DNA of 64,000 bases from contig JAGWLG010000002.1 in assembly GCA_028864975.1 (NCBI GenBank), positions 96,001 to 160,000 on the forward strand. The letters run 5' to 3'. How positions within the stretch are numbered: position 1 is the stretch's first letter; each line of letters begins with the position of its first letter. Positions 46,993 to 57,617 of this stretch are shown here, piece by piece. Both the position numbers and the translations under genes were made by a program. Below the pieces are notes generated by a model. It did not search any database and was not told where the DNA came from. It was given only the letters and a program-made list of their open reading frames with translations. Origin of the DNA: Thermoplasmata archaeon. Lineage in GTDB: Archaea > Thermoplasmatota > Thermoplasmata > Lutacidiplasmatales > UBA184.

Positions 46993-47952
46993 ATGACGGA
47001 AGACCTCGCCAAGGAGGTCCGCGAGCTCAAGCGGAGACGGGACGCGGTCCTCCTCGCGCACAACTACCAGCTGGGGGAGATCCAGGACGTCGCCGACCAC
47101 GTCGGCGACTCGCTCTACCTCTCGCGCAAGGCGATGGAGACGGACGCCCAGGTCATCCTCTTCTCCGGCGTGAAGTTCATGGCGGAGACGGCGAAGATCC
47201 TCAATCCCACGAAGACCGTCCTGCTGCCGGATCTGGAGGCGGGCTGTTCGCTCTCCGACTCCATCACGGCGGAGCAGCTGCGGGCCTGGAAGAAGGACCA
47301 CCCGGGGGCCGTTGTGGTGAGCTACGTCAACACCTCGGCGGAGGTCAAGGCGGAGAGCGACTACTGCTGCACCTCCTCCAACGCGCTCGAGATCGTCCGG
47401 AGGGTCCCGGAATCCCAGGAGGTGTTGTTCCTCCCCGACATGTTCCTCGGAAACTACGTCAAACAGAGGACGGGGCGCAAGAACATCCACCTGTGGGTCG
47501 GAGATTGTTTCGTGCACACCCGCATGCGCCCGGAGACCGTGCGTCGCATGAAGGGGGAGCACCCGGGAGCTGAGCTCGTGGCCCATCCGGAGTGCGGCTG
47601 TTCTACCGAGGTCCTCCCGGACGTCGACCGTGTCCTCTCGACGGACGGGATGATGCGCTACGCGAAGGAGACCCGACAACCCGAGGTGCTGGTCGCGACG
47701 GAGGTGGGCATCCTGCATCGCATGCGGAAGGTCAACCCCCAGACCTCGTTCATCCCGCTCTCGCCCGAGGCGGTCTGTCCGTTCATGAAGCGGAACACCC
47801 TCGAGAAGGTCCGCGACTCCCTCCGGGACATAAAGTATCGGATCGAGGTGCCCGACCCCATCCTTCGTCGTGCCCGAAAGGCGCTGGACAGGATGGTCGA
47901 GGCGACAGCGACCTCGCCCGCTTCCACCACGGTGTCCGCGGCAATCGCTTAG
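46993..47952 (+). CDS. nadA: quinolinate synthase
   Basis: LAHNYQ, GDSLYLS, AGCSL, YVNTSA, CTSSNA, HPEC and CPFMK. Confidence 0.96.
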   Translation: MTEDLAKEVRELKRRRDAVLLAHNYQLGEIQDVADHVGDSLYLSRKAMETDAQVILFSGVKFMAETAKILNPTKTVLLPDLEAGCSLSDSITAEQLRAWKKDHPGAVVVSYVNTSAEVKAESDYCCTSSNALEIVRRVPESQEVLFLPDMFLGNYVKQRTGRKNIHLWVGDCFVHTRMRPETVRRMKGEHPGAELVAHPECGCSTEVLPDVDRVLSTDGMMRYAKETRQPEVLVATEVGILHRMRKVNPQTSFIPLSPEAVCPFMKRNTLEKVRDSLRDIKYRIEVPDPILRRARKALDRMVEATATSPASTTVSAAIA

Positions 47953-48008
47953 GTCCCCAAAGCAATCTTCATACGCTTCTGCGGGGCGTTCTCCGCGTGG
48001 GCGACAGC

Positions 48009-49691
48009 TTGACCGAACCTGTTCGGGAGGGGCCGGAGCGGCCCCCGGCTTCGAACGGACGCTTGGGGCCGGGCAACACCCCCTCCGGCTCGCCCTCTTC
48101 CTGGCCCGAGGTCGTCAACCTCACCAAGAGGGCCGCCATCCTCGCCTTGGTCGGCGTGCTGCTCGGTATCCTGATGGGTGCCTTGGACAATCTGGTCGTC
48201 CTGACGGCGATCGGCAACATTGCCAGGGACCTGAACGCGAGCAACGGGGTCCCCTTCGTCGTGAGTTCCTACCTCATCGCAGGGACCGTCGCGACGCCGA
48301 TCTTCGGGAAGCTCTCCGACCACTATAGCCGCCGGAACTTCTTCATCCTTGGCCAAGCGATCTTCATCGCCGGCTCGCTCCTGGCCGCGCAGTCCAAGAC
48401 GCTCAACGAGCTCATCGTGTTCCGGGCGATCCAGGGATTCGGCAGCGGAGCGTTCTTCCCCATCGGCCTCTCGATCATCGCGGTCATCTTCGACCCCCAG
48501 ACCCGCGCGAAACTGACGGCGGCCATGTCGAGCGTCTTTGGTATCGCCATGGTCGTCGGGCCGGTCGTCGGGGCGTACATCGTGACCTCCCTTTCGTGGC
48601 AGTGGATCTTCTACGTGAACCTCCCGATCGGGATCCTTTCGATCCTCGTCATGGTCACGAGCGTTGACGCCCTTCGCCCGAAGCTCCGGAAGAAGTTCGA
48701 CACGATCGGATCGGTCCTCCTCGCGGGGTGGGTCACTCCGTTCATGCTCGCGCTCGTTCAGAACGCGGACAGTCGTTGGGCCTGGAGCGACCCCCGCATC
48801 CTCGGGCTCATGGCAGCTTTCATCGCGGTGTTCGTCCTGTTTGTCGTTTGGGAGCTCAGGACGGACGAACCCGTCGTGCCTCTGCGGTTCTTTGCGAAGA
48901 AGCTCGTCGCGGCGAGCGCCGGGGTCACGTTCCTCCGAGGGGTCACCTTCGTCGCAGTGTCGACCTTCGCGACCATCCTCGTCGTCTTCGTCCTTGGTGG
49001 AACACCGGACCAGGTTCGCGACGCTCTGTACTTTTTCGTCGTCCCGATGATCGTCGGGGCGACCGCCGGAGGCCAGCTGATGCGGAAGCTCCCTTACCGC
49101 GCGATCACGGTCCCGGGAATGGCGTTGATGACCTTCGGCGCCCTGCTCCTCGCGAACCTCGACACGAACATGACCCTCTGGCCGATCCGAGGGGCTCAAG
49201 GGTTGTCCGACAACCTCGCGTTCGATCTCATCCCCATCGGGCTCGGGGTAGGGCTCACCTTCGCGACCACGGCACTCTCCGTCCAGTTCGCGGTCCCCTC
49301 CAAGGACATTGGTGCGGCCACGTCGCTCATCACCTTCCTTCAGAATCTGGGGGGTGCGGTGGGGGTCTCGGTGCTCTTCTCCTATGAGCAGTTCCGCTAC
49401 AGCGGACCCCCGGTCCCGTCAGCACCCTCGGGAGTCTATTGTCCGCTCCCTCCCACAGCCAACCCCCCGCCCCCTGCGGCGTGCTTTCCCTACTACAACG
49501 CGCTATCGGCGCTACGCGTACCGACCGCCCACGCTTACATCGACACGTTCCAGCTGGCCTTCGTTCTGGCTCTGCTCGCCCTGATCTTCGCGTTCTTCAT
49601 GGTCGGGAGGATGCCTCAGGGAAAACCGACGGAGAGCCTCGGGGCTGCACCCACGGAGGCTCCCGCTCCCTCCGCGACCGGCGCACTCTAG
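48009..49691 (+). CDS. MFS drug:H+ antiporter (DHA2/EmrB-like, 14 TMS)
   Basis: LDNLVV, GKLSDHYSRR, RAIQGFG, GPVVG and WIFYVNLPIG. TTG 48009 chosen as start. Confidence 0.9.
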   Translation: MTEPVREGPERPPASNGRLGPGNTPSGSPSSWPEVVNLTKRAAILALVGVLLGILMGALDNLVVLTAIGNIARDLNASNGVPFVVSSYLIAGTVATPIFGKLSDHYSRRNFFILGQAIFIAGSLLAAQSKTLNELIVFRAIQGFGSGAFFPIGLSIIAVIFDPQTRAKLTAAMSSVFGIAMVVGPVVGAYIVTSLSWQWIFYVNLPIGILSILVMVTSVDALRPKLRKKFDTIGSVLLAGWVTPFMLALVQNADSRWAWSDPRILGLMAAFIAVFVLFVVWELRTDEPVVPLRFFAKKLVAASAGVTFLRGVTFVAVSTFATILVVFVLGGTPDQVRDALYFFVVPMIVGATAGGQLMRKLPYRAITVPGMALMTFGALLLANLDTNMTLWPIRGAQGLSDNLAFDLIPIGLGVGLTFATTALSVQFAVPSKDIGAATSLITFLQNLGGAVGVSVLFSYEQFRYSGPPVPSAPSGVYCPLPPTANPPPPAACFPYYNALSALRVPTAHAYIDTFQLAFVLALLALIFAFFMVGRMPQGKPTESLGAAPTEAPAPSATGAL

Positions 49692-52150
49692 GGCCCTTCG
49701 CTCCCATCCCGCGGGTCCGAGCGTGGAGCACCCCCGGACCGCTTTCGACGCCATACAACGGCCCCGAGCAGCAGCACCCCAAGCCCGGCGGCTCCCAGGA
49801 CCGCAGCGAGCTCGAGCGTAGAGGGGGTGCGCGGTCCGGTCGAGGTCGGTGCAGGAGCGGGGCCTAAGGTCACCATGAACGAGGTTGACGCATTTCCCTG
49901 GCGTGAGGGATAGGAGCTGTCGGTCACGACGACCGACGGTTGGTACCTCCCCACTTGATCCGGAGCGCAGGAGAGGTTCCCGCCTCCGATGGCCGAGCAG
50001 CCGGAAGGTAGACCTTGCCATGCGTAGGTGAACGGCGAGAGACCACCGGAGACCTCTACCGAGAGCCGCACGCTGTCCCCTAGGACCACCGTGGACGGTG
50101 TCGCACCGAGCTGCACGGGCAAGGGCGGAGGGGATGTGGGCACGGTCACGATGATCGCGATCGTAGTTTGGGTCGAGCGTCCGGAACCGTCCGTGACGGT
50201 CACAACGACCGTGTAGCTACCGGGAGAAGTGTAGGTGTGGGCGATGTCGAAACCCGTGCCCGAGGACGTGTCGCCGAAGTCCCAGGCGTAGGTGTACGGC
50301 GCCGTCCCTCCCGAGGCCGCGGCTGCGAAGCTCACGAGCAATGGGGCCGACCCGGTCTGGGGGGTTGCGGTTGCGGCCAACGTGAGCCGGGGAGGGCTCC
50401 CAGCCGTCGCCTCGACCCCCAGCGACGCGGTCGAGGAAACCCCTGTCGCATCGGTCACCTTGAGCGTGGCCGTGTAGTTCCCGACCGTCCCGTACGTATG
50501 ATTGGCCGTTGAGGCGAGGGCTCCGGTACCGTCGCCGAAGGCCCATACCCATCCGTACGGCGGCACTCCCCCTGTGGCCGAGCCCGAGAACGCCACGGCG
50601 AGGGGTGTGGCGCCAGTGAGGGGGGATCCTGTGGCGCGGGCGACCAGCGATGGCGGAGGGAAGGAGAGCGCAAGGTTCGCGAACCAATCGTTCTCTCCCG
50701 TCACGGGACCGGGGGTCGCGGCGGAGAGGATGAACCTCACGCCGCAGGTTGACCCAGGCGCGAAGGTCTCGTTGAGCGAACGGTGGGACCACCCGATCCC
50801 CGTGGGGAGGAGGCCGGAGGAGAGAACGTACTTCGTACCGCACGAGAGGTTCTGCTGGGCGAGCGTGACGTTCCGTTCATCCAGGTAGGCGTTGACCCCG
50901 ACGTCCAACCGGGTGAGCGGGGCGTTCCACAGGCGAGTGATGGATGCGTTTCCCTCCAAGGTGACCGGACCAACCGCCCCTGTCGCATTGGCCGTGAACA
51001 GGGTGACGTTCATCCCGTCCAGAGAGGAAGGGGCACAGGCACCCACCGGAGGGGTTCCCGCATACGACCATCCCCCCGGGCAGAACGCCCACCCATCGGG
51101 GGCACCTCCCATGTCGAGCGTCCAGTTGGCCGAACGTGAGCCGTTGAAGAGAAAGTCGTGGAGCAACGCGCCGACCCCGGAGGGATAGTCCCAGCAGCCG
51201 TTCCCGACCGCCCAGTCGGCCATGGCCCAGAAGGCCGTGTGGGTGATGTTGTACGACTCCAGGATGTGGACCCGTTGCGAGAATCCTCCCAACCCAACGT
51301 CGCCGGGGCAAGGGACGCCGTTCCCCACGTCCCCGGAGAGCCCCTCGCCCAACCGGTCGCGTGGATACTGGCCCAGGTCCTTGTACAGGCGGTTCCAGAA
51401 GTAGTACCAGCTGTAGTAGTCCATGTCGTAGAAGACGTCCACCGAGGTGGCGGAGAGGTAGGTGGCGTTCCAGAGCTGAGGGTCGAACCATGCGACATCC
51501 ACGGTGGTACGGATCCCCTGGGCGTGAGAGGCGTTCGCGAACTGCCAGAGAAGGTGAGCGTACTCCGCGGAGGTGTTGGCGGGAGGCGTTCCGCTCCCCG
51601 TCCCTTCGATGTCCCAGTTGTACCCTTCGTAGCCGCTGCTGTTCGCCGTGGCCATCGCAGCCTGGATGAAGGCTGGCCACCAGTTCCGGTGATCGATGAG
51701 CGACAACGCATCCGACCCCGCGTTGTCGGCACTGTTGATCATGGGGATCACGTCGAGGCCCAGAGCGTGACCCGTCGCGGAGGTCTGGTCCGGGCACTGG
51801 CAATAGATGGAGCCTGTGGAGGTCACGAAGTACTGGATGTACGAGACCCCGGACTCGTTCTCGGCCATCCTCCCCAGTTCCGTGAGCCCCTGGTTCAACG
51901 AGAGCCCACATCCATTGCAGAGCCAGGGCATGTTCTCCCGTTCGAGCGTGACGTAGGGGGACGCAGCGCTCCGCGGACCCATGTCGGAGGCATGACGTCC
52001 CAGCTCCCAGTCGGTCAGCGCACGTTCCGAGAGCTCCGTGATCGCGGCGGGGCTCCTTGCGGGCACATGACCGGAAACTGGTGGCGGAAGCAGGAGCAGG
52101 AGCGCGAACGCGAGGGGCGCCCATGGCGAGAAGGTCCTAGGCACGGTCAC
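49688..52150 (-). CDS. secreted, membrane-anchored GH18-like glycoside hydrolase with two PKD domains
   Basis: Signal peptide, GYEGYNWDIEG (DxxDxDxE-like), two WAFGDG/WDFGD PKD repeats, and a C-terminal TM helix followed by RRKR. GTG 52150 chosen as start. Confidence 0.8.
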   Translation of the reverse strand: MTVPRTFSPWAPLAFALLLLLPPPVSGHVPARSPAAITELSERALTDWELGRHASDMGPRSAASPYVTLERENMPWLCNGCGLSLNQGLTELGRMAENESGVSYIQYFVTSTGSIYCQCPDQTSATGHALGLDVIPMINSADNAGSDALSLIDHRNWWPAFIQAAMATANSSGYEGYNWDIEGTGSGTPPANTSAEYAHLLWQFANASHAQGIRTTVDVAWFDPQLWNATYLSATSVDVFYDMDYYSWYYFWNRLYKDLGQYPRDRLGEGLSGDVGNGVPCPGDVGLGGFSQRVHILESYNITHTAFWAMADWAVGNGCWDYPSGVGALLHDFLFNGSRSANWTLDMGGAPDGWAFCPGGWSYAGTPPVGACAPSSLDGMNVTLFTANATGAVGPVTLEGNASITRLWNAPLTRLDVGVNAYLDERNVTLAQQNLSCGTKYVLSSGLLPTGIGWSHRSLNETFAPGSTCGVRFILSAATPGPVTGENDWFANLALSFPPPSLVARATGSPLTGATPLAVAFSGSATGGVPPYGWVWAFGDGTGALASTANHTYGTVGNYTATLKVTDATGVSSTASLGVEATAGSPPRLTLAATATPQTGSAPLLVSFAAAASGGTAPYTYAWDFGDTSSGTGFDIAHTYTSPGSYTVVVTVTDGSGRSTQTTIAIIVTVPTSPPPLPVQLGATPSTVVLGDSVRLSVEVSGGLSPFTYAWQGLPSGCSAIGGGNLSCAPDQVGRYQPSVVVTDSSYPSRQGNASTSFMVTLGPAPAPTSTGPRTPSTLELAAVLGAAGLGVLLLGAVVWRRKRSGGAPRSDPRDGSEGP

Positions 52151-52259
52151 GTCCGAGAGGAGCTTCGTTGTCCACAGGATGAACGTTGGGTGGGTCCGGA
52201 CGCGGCGGCGCTCTGTTCCGGCGCCCGAGGGCGGAAACAGCACACGCCCCGCGTACGAC

Positions 52260-52922
52260 CTATGGTATCCATCCGAGGCTTCGGAGGTACCGCCGGGCAC
52301 TGGGCACCCCGTGGATCGGAGGGAAGGTCTGCGCGTTCCAGCCGGCCTCCCGAGCCGCGCGAACGTTGTTCGGCAGGTCGTCGAAGAGGCAAATCTGGGC
52401 GGCAGGGACGCCGAGCCTAGCTCGCGCCCGGTGGAAGGCGAGGGGGCTAGGCTTGGTCGCTCGGAGCTGATACGATAGGAGATGCGGGTCGAAGCCCCGG
52501 CTCCACGCGCGGGAGAAGTACCGACGGTGCGACGCCTCGGTGTTGGAGAACAAGGCGGTCCTCAGACCGGCCCTGCGAAGTTCGGCTGCCCAGGCCACGA
52601 CCGCGCGTTGAGGTCGGGCCCTCTTCTCCAAGAGCTTCCACCAGGATTCACGGATCGCCCGGGAGATCGGCCGGCCGAGCTCTTTCGCGAAGCGGTCCCA
52701 GAAGGCGTCGAGGTCGATCCTCCCTGATTGTAACGGGGGGCGGAACCGTAGAAGGAGCTCCTGGAGGAGGGCCGGCGGCTCTCCGAGCTCCCGTGCGGCC
52801 CTGTCCATGACCAACCGGTCGTCCCAGTGGATGAGCACCCCTCCTACGTCAAAGACCACGAATCGGGGCGACGGGGTGCGTTCCGCCTTGCTCGCTCCTG
52901 CACCCCGGGACCGGCGGGCCAT
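52260..52922 (-). CDS. HAD-superfamily hydrolase (subfamily IA)
   Basis: FVVFDVGGVL, LFSNT, TKPSP and LFDDLPNNV. Confidence 0.88.
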   Translation of the reverse strand: MARRSRGAGASKAERTPSPRFVVFDVGGVLIHWDDRLVMDRAARELGEPPALLQELLLRFRPPLQSGRIDLDAFWDRFAKELGRPISRAIRESWWKLLEKRARPQRAVVAWAAELRRAGLRTALFSNTEASHRRYFSRAWSRGFDPHLLSYQLRATKPSPLAFHRARARLGVPAAQICLFDDLPNNVRAAREAGWNAQTFPPIHGVPSARRYLRSLGWIP

Positions 52923-53062
52923 GTCCTGCGCAGCAAACGTCGGATATGAGGGCGGGCAGGACCCGTGGCGGAAGCTCTCGGGCTCCCCCTTTGAGGAGAA
53001 CAAGCGCCGCTACGGACGACCCCTGGGAAGGCACCCCAGCTCCGGGCCCATGAGCACGTCCC

Positions 53063-54814
53063 TCATCCTCCTCGTCGAGCGGGCCGGGCCGAGGGACCCT
53101 TGGGACGCTCCTTCGGTCGGGTCGAGTCAGGTGAGGGGGAGCCCACCGGGACGATACCGAACGAAGGGTCCCTTGAGTTCATGACCTGCGCCCGAGGCGT
53201 CCAGCCTCTACGGGCGACCCCCGCCGCGAGTAGAAGCCGTGGCAGCTCCTCGGGCTGCCGCGGGAGCCCACTAAGCGCAACCTGCAGTCCCGAGAGGGCG
53301 AGCTCGTGGACCTTCGCGGTCTCGACCGCTACCTTCTCGTGCGTGACCGCCACCTCGACCGCGGCGAAGGGACTCGGCTCGGACAGAAGATCCTTCCACT
53401 CCAGCCCCGAACTGGCCAAGGTCTCCGGGTCGACGTGGCCGAGGACGGCAGGAGTGGACGGAGGATTCCCCACGAGGGCTTGCCACCACTCCCGAGGGGA
53501 GGAGATGCGATGGGTAGGAGGTCGCACGACAACGAAGTCCGTACCCTCAGGGATGGGGGGCCAGCCCTGCGGATCGAGGAGCACTTCGACTGCCAAGAGC
53601 AGCCGAACGTCGGAGGGCCTCTTCGGGAGGGCCGCACGGAGGTCGTCGAGGGTCGTCCGCTTCGCTTGTAGGTCCTGCTCGCGGACGACGAAACCTCCGT
53701 AGCGAAGTCCCAGGCTTCGAAGAGCCTCGACCCACGGAGCAACGTCCTCGACCCCCATCGAGGGGGGAACGTGGATGTGGTATTCGCCCGTGAGGTCTCG
53801 GTCGGATGCGATGGGCGGCACCTCTCCCCTCGCCGCTGCCTCGATCTCCCCCTGGTCCTCTCTCAGCTCCGGAGGGATCCAGGGGAGGCCCACCGCGGCG
53901 TAGACCTCCTCCTCGGTGCGAGCCGGGACGAGCTTTTCGTCCCGGGTGAGGCCATACTCGTTGATGCTGAGACCCTTCTTGTTCGCGAGAGAGCGGAGAT
54001 GGACGTTGTGGTCCTTGGACCCGGTGAAGTACTGCAAGGCCGCGCCGAACGCCTCGGGCGCGACGACCCGCAGGTCGACCTGAAGCCCTTCCTTGAGCAC
54101 CACGGTCGACTTCGTTTCTCCCGACAGTCGGACCTCCCCAACTTCCTCCAAATGAACGAACCGGTCCATGACCTCCTTCGGTCGGGACGAGGTGGCCAGC
54201 AGGTCGAGGTCGCCCACCGTTTCCCGCCTTCGCCGTAGGCTACCAGCGAAGAGGAGCTGTTCGAAGGGGGCACCAGACCCGCGCAGGGAAGCGAGCAGGT
54301 CGTCCGCCGCCGCCTGGGCCATGGGAAGCGGGATCCGTCGCTCTCCCGACCTCGGGGAAGGAGAGGTGCGTGCGCGGGCGAGCGCCCTCTGGAAGAGTTC
54401 GATCTTCCGGTCGCCGAACCCGAAGACTCCGCGAAGCTTTCCGTCGCGGATGAGCTTCTCCAGGTCCTCGGGACCGGTGACCTGGAACTCGACGAAGAAC
54501 CGACGGGTGGTCTTGGGACCGATGCCCTCGAGCCGCATGAGCTCTAAGAGACCGGGGGGCCACTGCTGCCGGAGCTTCTCGAGGTAGGGCACACTCCCGG
54601 TGGCCACGTACTCGCGGACCTTCTCGGAGAGCGCCTCACCGATACCCGGTACCTCGTCGACCTTCCCGGTCCTGACCAGGTCCTTCACGTCGGTCGGTAG
54701 TTGCTGCAGGGTCCGAGCCGCGCGCCGGTAGGCCTCCGGCTTGAACTTTACCCCCTCGAGATCGAGGAGGTCCGCGATCTCGAGGAAGATCTCGGCGATC
54801 CCTTCGTTCGCCAT
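53063..54814 (-). CDS. polX: family X DNA polymerase with degenerate PHP domain
   Basis: [10 protein letters not shown], HhH motifs, [34 protein letters not shown] and PPELRED. The PHP region is only partly recognisable (GEYHIH). Confidence 0.92.
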   Translation of the reverse strand: MANEGIAEIFLEIADLLDLEGVKFKPEAYRRAARTLQQLPTDVKDLVRTGKVDEVPGIGEALSEKVREYVATGSVPYLEKLRQQWPPGLLELMRLEGIGPKTTRRFFVEFQVTGPEDLEKLIRDGKLRGVFGFGDRKIELFQRALARARTSPSPRSGERRIPLPMAQAAADDLLASLRGSGAPFEQLLFAGSLRRRRETVGDLDLLATSSRPKEVMDRFVHLEEVGEVRLSGETKSTVVLKEGLQVDLRVVAPEAFGAALQYFTGSKDHNVHLRSLANKKGLSINEYGLTRDEKLVPARTEEEVYAAVGLPWIPPELREDQGEIEAAARGEVPPIASDRDLTGEYHIHVPPSMGVEDVAPWVEALRSLGLRYGGFVVREQDLQAKRTTLDDLRAALPKRPSDVRLLLAVEVLLDPQGWPPIPEGTDFVVVRPPTHRISSPREWWQALVGNPPSTPAVLGHVDPETLASSGLEWKDLLSEPSPFAAVEVAVTHEKVAVETAKVHELALSGLQVALSGLPRQPEELPRLLLAAGVARRGWTPRAQVMNSRDPSFGIVPVGSPSPDSTRPKERPKGPSARPARRGG

Positions 54815-54920
54815 GATGGCGGGAGCACATCTTGGGCCGATATAGGGGGCGTCCACCCCCGCCACCCAGGTCAGGTCGAGGCAGAAGCTTGAGATGGTCC
54901 ACCGGGATGTTTGCGTGTTC

Positions 54921-56393
54921 ATGACGAGCACAGCCTTCGTCCTGGCCGTCGCGGGCGGGGCTCTCCTCGTGGCCTTCACCGCGGACGTGATCGCACGTCG
55001 CCTGGGCTTCCCCGACGTGCTCTTCGTCCTGGCCGTCGGGGTCCTGGTCGGGCTGGCCGGGCCGACCCTGCACTTCACGATCTCCACGCTGCTCTCCTTC
55101 GCTCCCTACCTGGGAACGGCCGCTCTCGCGTTGATCCTCTTCGACGCGGGGCTCGATCTGGAGGAGTCCAAGCTCGAGAACGTCCCTTCCAACGCCGCGT
55201 TGCTCGCGGTCCTTTCCGTCGGTCTCGCGTTCGCCGTGACCTTCCCCGTCGCGTATCTCTACCTCACCGGGAGGTCGCTCCTGCTCTCCCTCGTGTTCGC
55301 GGGCGCCCTCTCCTGCACGTCGAGCGCCGTGGTCGTGCCCGTGGCGTCCCGGATGTCCCTCCCTTCCACCGCGCGTTCTATCGTGCACGTCTCCTCCGCG
55401 CTCGAGGACACCATCGCCGTGGTGCTCGTCACGACGCTCATGGTCCTCCTCCTTCCCGCCTCCAATGGGGTACCGGTGGTGGCCCTCGTGTTGCTGCCCC
55501 TGCCGCTGGGGGCCCTGGGGGGATTCCTGGGGGGACTTGCCTGGATCGAAGCGACCCTACGCTGGCAGAACCGTCCGTTCTTCTCGATGGCCACGGTGGG
55601 ATTCCTGTTCGCCCTGGTGGGGGCTGTGACCGCTCTGGGTGGAGCGGGGATCCTCTCTGCATTGGTCTTCGGGGTCGTCCTGGGCAACGGTCAGTGGATC
55701 CGCGACCGGCTGAAGTGGAAGGGCGACTTCGTCCTCATGGTCCAGGTTCGGCAGTTCCAGACGGAGGTCGCGTTCCTGCTTCGCGCCTTCTTCATGCTGG
55801 TCCTCGGTATGCTCGTCGGGTTCGCGGCCGGCTCCCTCGAGCTGATGCTCGTGGGCGGGGTGCTCGCCGCCCTCGTCCTCGCCACCCGGGCGACCGCGGT
55901 GGAAGGCTTCCTGCGCATCTCGAAACGCCCGCGCAGCTGGAACCTTCCTTTCACCGCCCTTGGCGCGCGCGGGCTCACCAGCGCGGTCCTGGTGATCCTA
56001 CCGGTGACCGTGGGGCTGGTCCCGTCCACCGCTTCCTTCCTGACCCCCACCCTCGTTGTGGTCGTCGCGACCGTGGCCGCCACTAGTATCGGCGTCCTCC
56101 TCTACGAACGGGTCCCGTCCATTCACGACGGAAGCTTCGGCGAGAGGGTCCAAAAGGCTCCTATGTCGCGGGAGGATCTGGAACGCCTCTACCGTTCAGG
56201 TCCCGGCGGGGCGGGCACTACTCACCCCTCACAGTCTGCCGATGGCCCGATGCGTGGTGTCGACCGCCCGCCCGGTGGCGCGGCCGCCCCAGGTTCGCCC
56301 GAGGAGTCTCGACCCGTGGTCGCTGCGGCACCGCCCCTCTTCGACGGGCAATCCCCCCCGCCACTTCCGGTTCGTCCTCCACGCGGCGGGTGA
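54921..56393 (+). CDS. cation:proton antiporter (CPA1/NhaP-like)
   Basis: FPD, LILFDAGLDL, TSSAVV, SSALED, SALVFGVVLGN and ARGLTSAVL. About 12 TM helices and a Pro-rich tail. Confidence 0.88.
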   Translation: MTSTAFVLAVAGGALLVAFTADVIARRLGFPDVLFVLAVGVLVGLAGPTLHFTISTLLSFAPYLGTAALALILFDAGLDLEESKLENVPSNAALLAVLSVGLAFAVTFPVAYLYLTGRSLLLSLVFAGALSCTSSAVVVPVASRMSLPSTARSIVHVSSALEDTIAVVLVTTLMVLLLPASNGVPVVALVLLPLPLGALGGFLGGLAWIEATLRWQNRPFFSMATVGFLFALVGAVTALGGAGILSALVFGVVLGNGQWIRDRLKWKGDFVLMVQVRQFQTEVAFLLRAFFMLVLGMLVGFAAGSLELMLVGGVLAALVLATRATAVEGFLRISKRPRSWNLPFTALGARGLTSAVLVILPVTVGLVPSTASFLTPTLVVVVATVAATSIGVLLYERVPSIHDGSFGERVQKAPMSREDLERLYRSGPGGAGTTHPSQSADGPMRGVDRPPGGAAAPGSPEESRPVVAAAPPLFDGQSPPPLPVRPPRGG

Positions 56394-56591
56394 ACCCCGA
56401 GTCGAGCGACGGTTAGGGTGGGAGTCCTCCTGGGGCGCCTACCCGAGTGAACGAGGCCCCAATGAGGTACGGTCAATCAGGGCCTTGCGAGCGCTGGACC
56501 TCTCGAGACCCTACCGGAGCCGTGGACGACATTGGAACAACGGGTCGCTCCTCCGCAGGGACGGGAGCCGTCGCTCTCGCAATCGCGGCGC

Positions 56592-57617
56592 ATGGTTATC
56601 GGGTCGGTCCCACTCTCCTCTACGGTGCACCGAACCCGTCCTTCCCCGTCCCTGGGGAGCCACTTGGGGTCCCTCGCTTCACACTTTCCGTACGAGCGCT
56701 CGCTCCCTCAGGACCCTCTCGCCATGGTCCGTCCCTTTGCCGCCGACGCTCGGTCGGCCGAGATCGCGGGGATCCTAGCCTCCACGGTCGCCGTAGGGAA
56801 CGTGAAGGCCATCCGACGCGCGCTCGTAATCCTGTTCGATCGCATGGGGGAATCGCCCCGTCGGTACATCGAAGGCTTCCCCGCCCGACGTTGGAGGATC
56901 GCTCTTCACCCGTGGCAGCATCGATGGATCCGCGCGGACCAGATCGGATTCCTCTGCGTACGGCTCCAGGAGATCTACGCTCGGTACCCTGGGGGACTGG
57001 AGGAGGTCGTCCTACGTGGGATGGCGGAGGCGGGAGAACTTGCCGCCCCCGAGGAGAAGTGCGCCCACGGGCTGCACGCGCTCTCAGAGGCGCTCCGCTG
57101 GGGTTCGGTGGATCGCGCGCCGACGGTCTTCGAACCTCCTCCAGGTTATCTGCGTCTCTTCCCGAGCCCGCTCGGGCCCGGAGAACCTGCCTGCAAGCGC
57201 GAAGCGCTCTTCCTCCGGTGGATGGTGCGTCGCGGTTTTCCGGATCTGGGGCTATGGAAGTCGGTCGCTCCATCCGACCTTCAGATCCCCCTGGACACCC
57301 ACGTGTACTGGATCGCCTATCATCTCGGACTGACCCGGCGAAGGACCCGGAACTGGCGAACGGTGGTCGAGATCACCCGAGGATTGCGTCGGTTCGATGC
57401 CCAGGACCCCGTGAGGTTCGACTTCGTCCTTGCTCACACCGGCATCTCCGGGGACTGCCCCAAGCGGCGAGACCCCGAGGTCTGCGCACCCTGCGCCGTT
57501 CGGGCGGACTGCGACCTGTGGCGGGGCCGTCGGATCCTCTTCAGCGCGCCCCCGCGCTGTCCGCCGGCCAACGCCCCGGCTCCGGCGGTCTCGAACCGGT
57601 CGAGGGTCGCCGCATGA
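56592..57617 (+). CDS. TIGR02757/DUF2400-family HhH-GPD-like protein with C-terminal four-Cys motif
   Basis: DP...AEIAG, CKREALFLRWMVR, DLGLW, IPLDTHV and DPVRFDFVL, then C-x8-C-x2-C-x5-C. Start uncertain. Confidence 0.85.
   Translation: MVIGSVPLSSTVHRTRPSPSLGSHLGSLASHFPYERSLPQDPLAMVRPFAADARSAEIAGILASTVAVGNVKAIRRALVILFDRMGESPRRYIEGFPARRWRIALHPWQHRWIRADQIGFLCVRLQEIYARYPGGLEEVVLRGMAEAGELAAPEEKCAHGLHALSEALRWGSVDRAPTVFEPPPGYLRLFPSPLGPGEPACKREALFLRWMVRRGFPDLGLWKSVAPSDLQIPLDTHVYWIAYHLGLTRRRTRNWRTVVEITRGLRRFDAQDPVRFDFVLAHTGISGDCPKRRDPEVCAPCAVRADCDLWRGRRILFSAPPRCPPANAPAPAVSNRSRVAA

Noticed and set aside
50170-50650. Repeated sequence blocks (TCGCCGAAG, GTGTAG motifs)
   Set aside because: These encode the two PKD domains of the surface hydrolase and are not a DNA repeat array.
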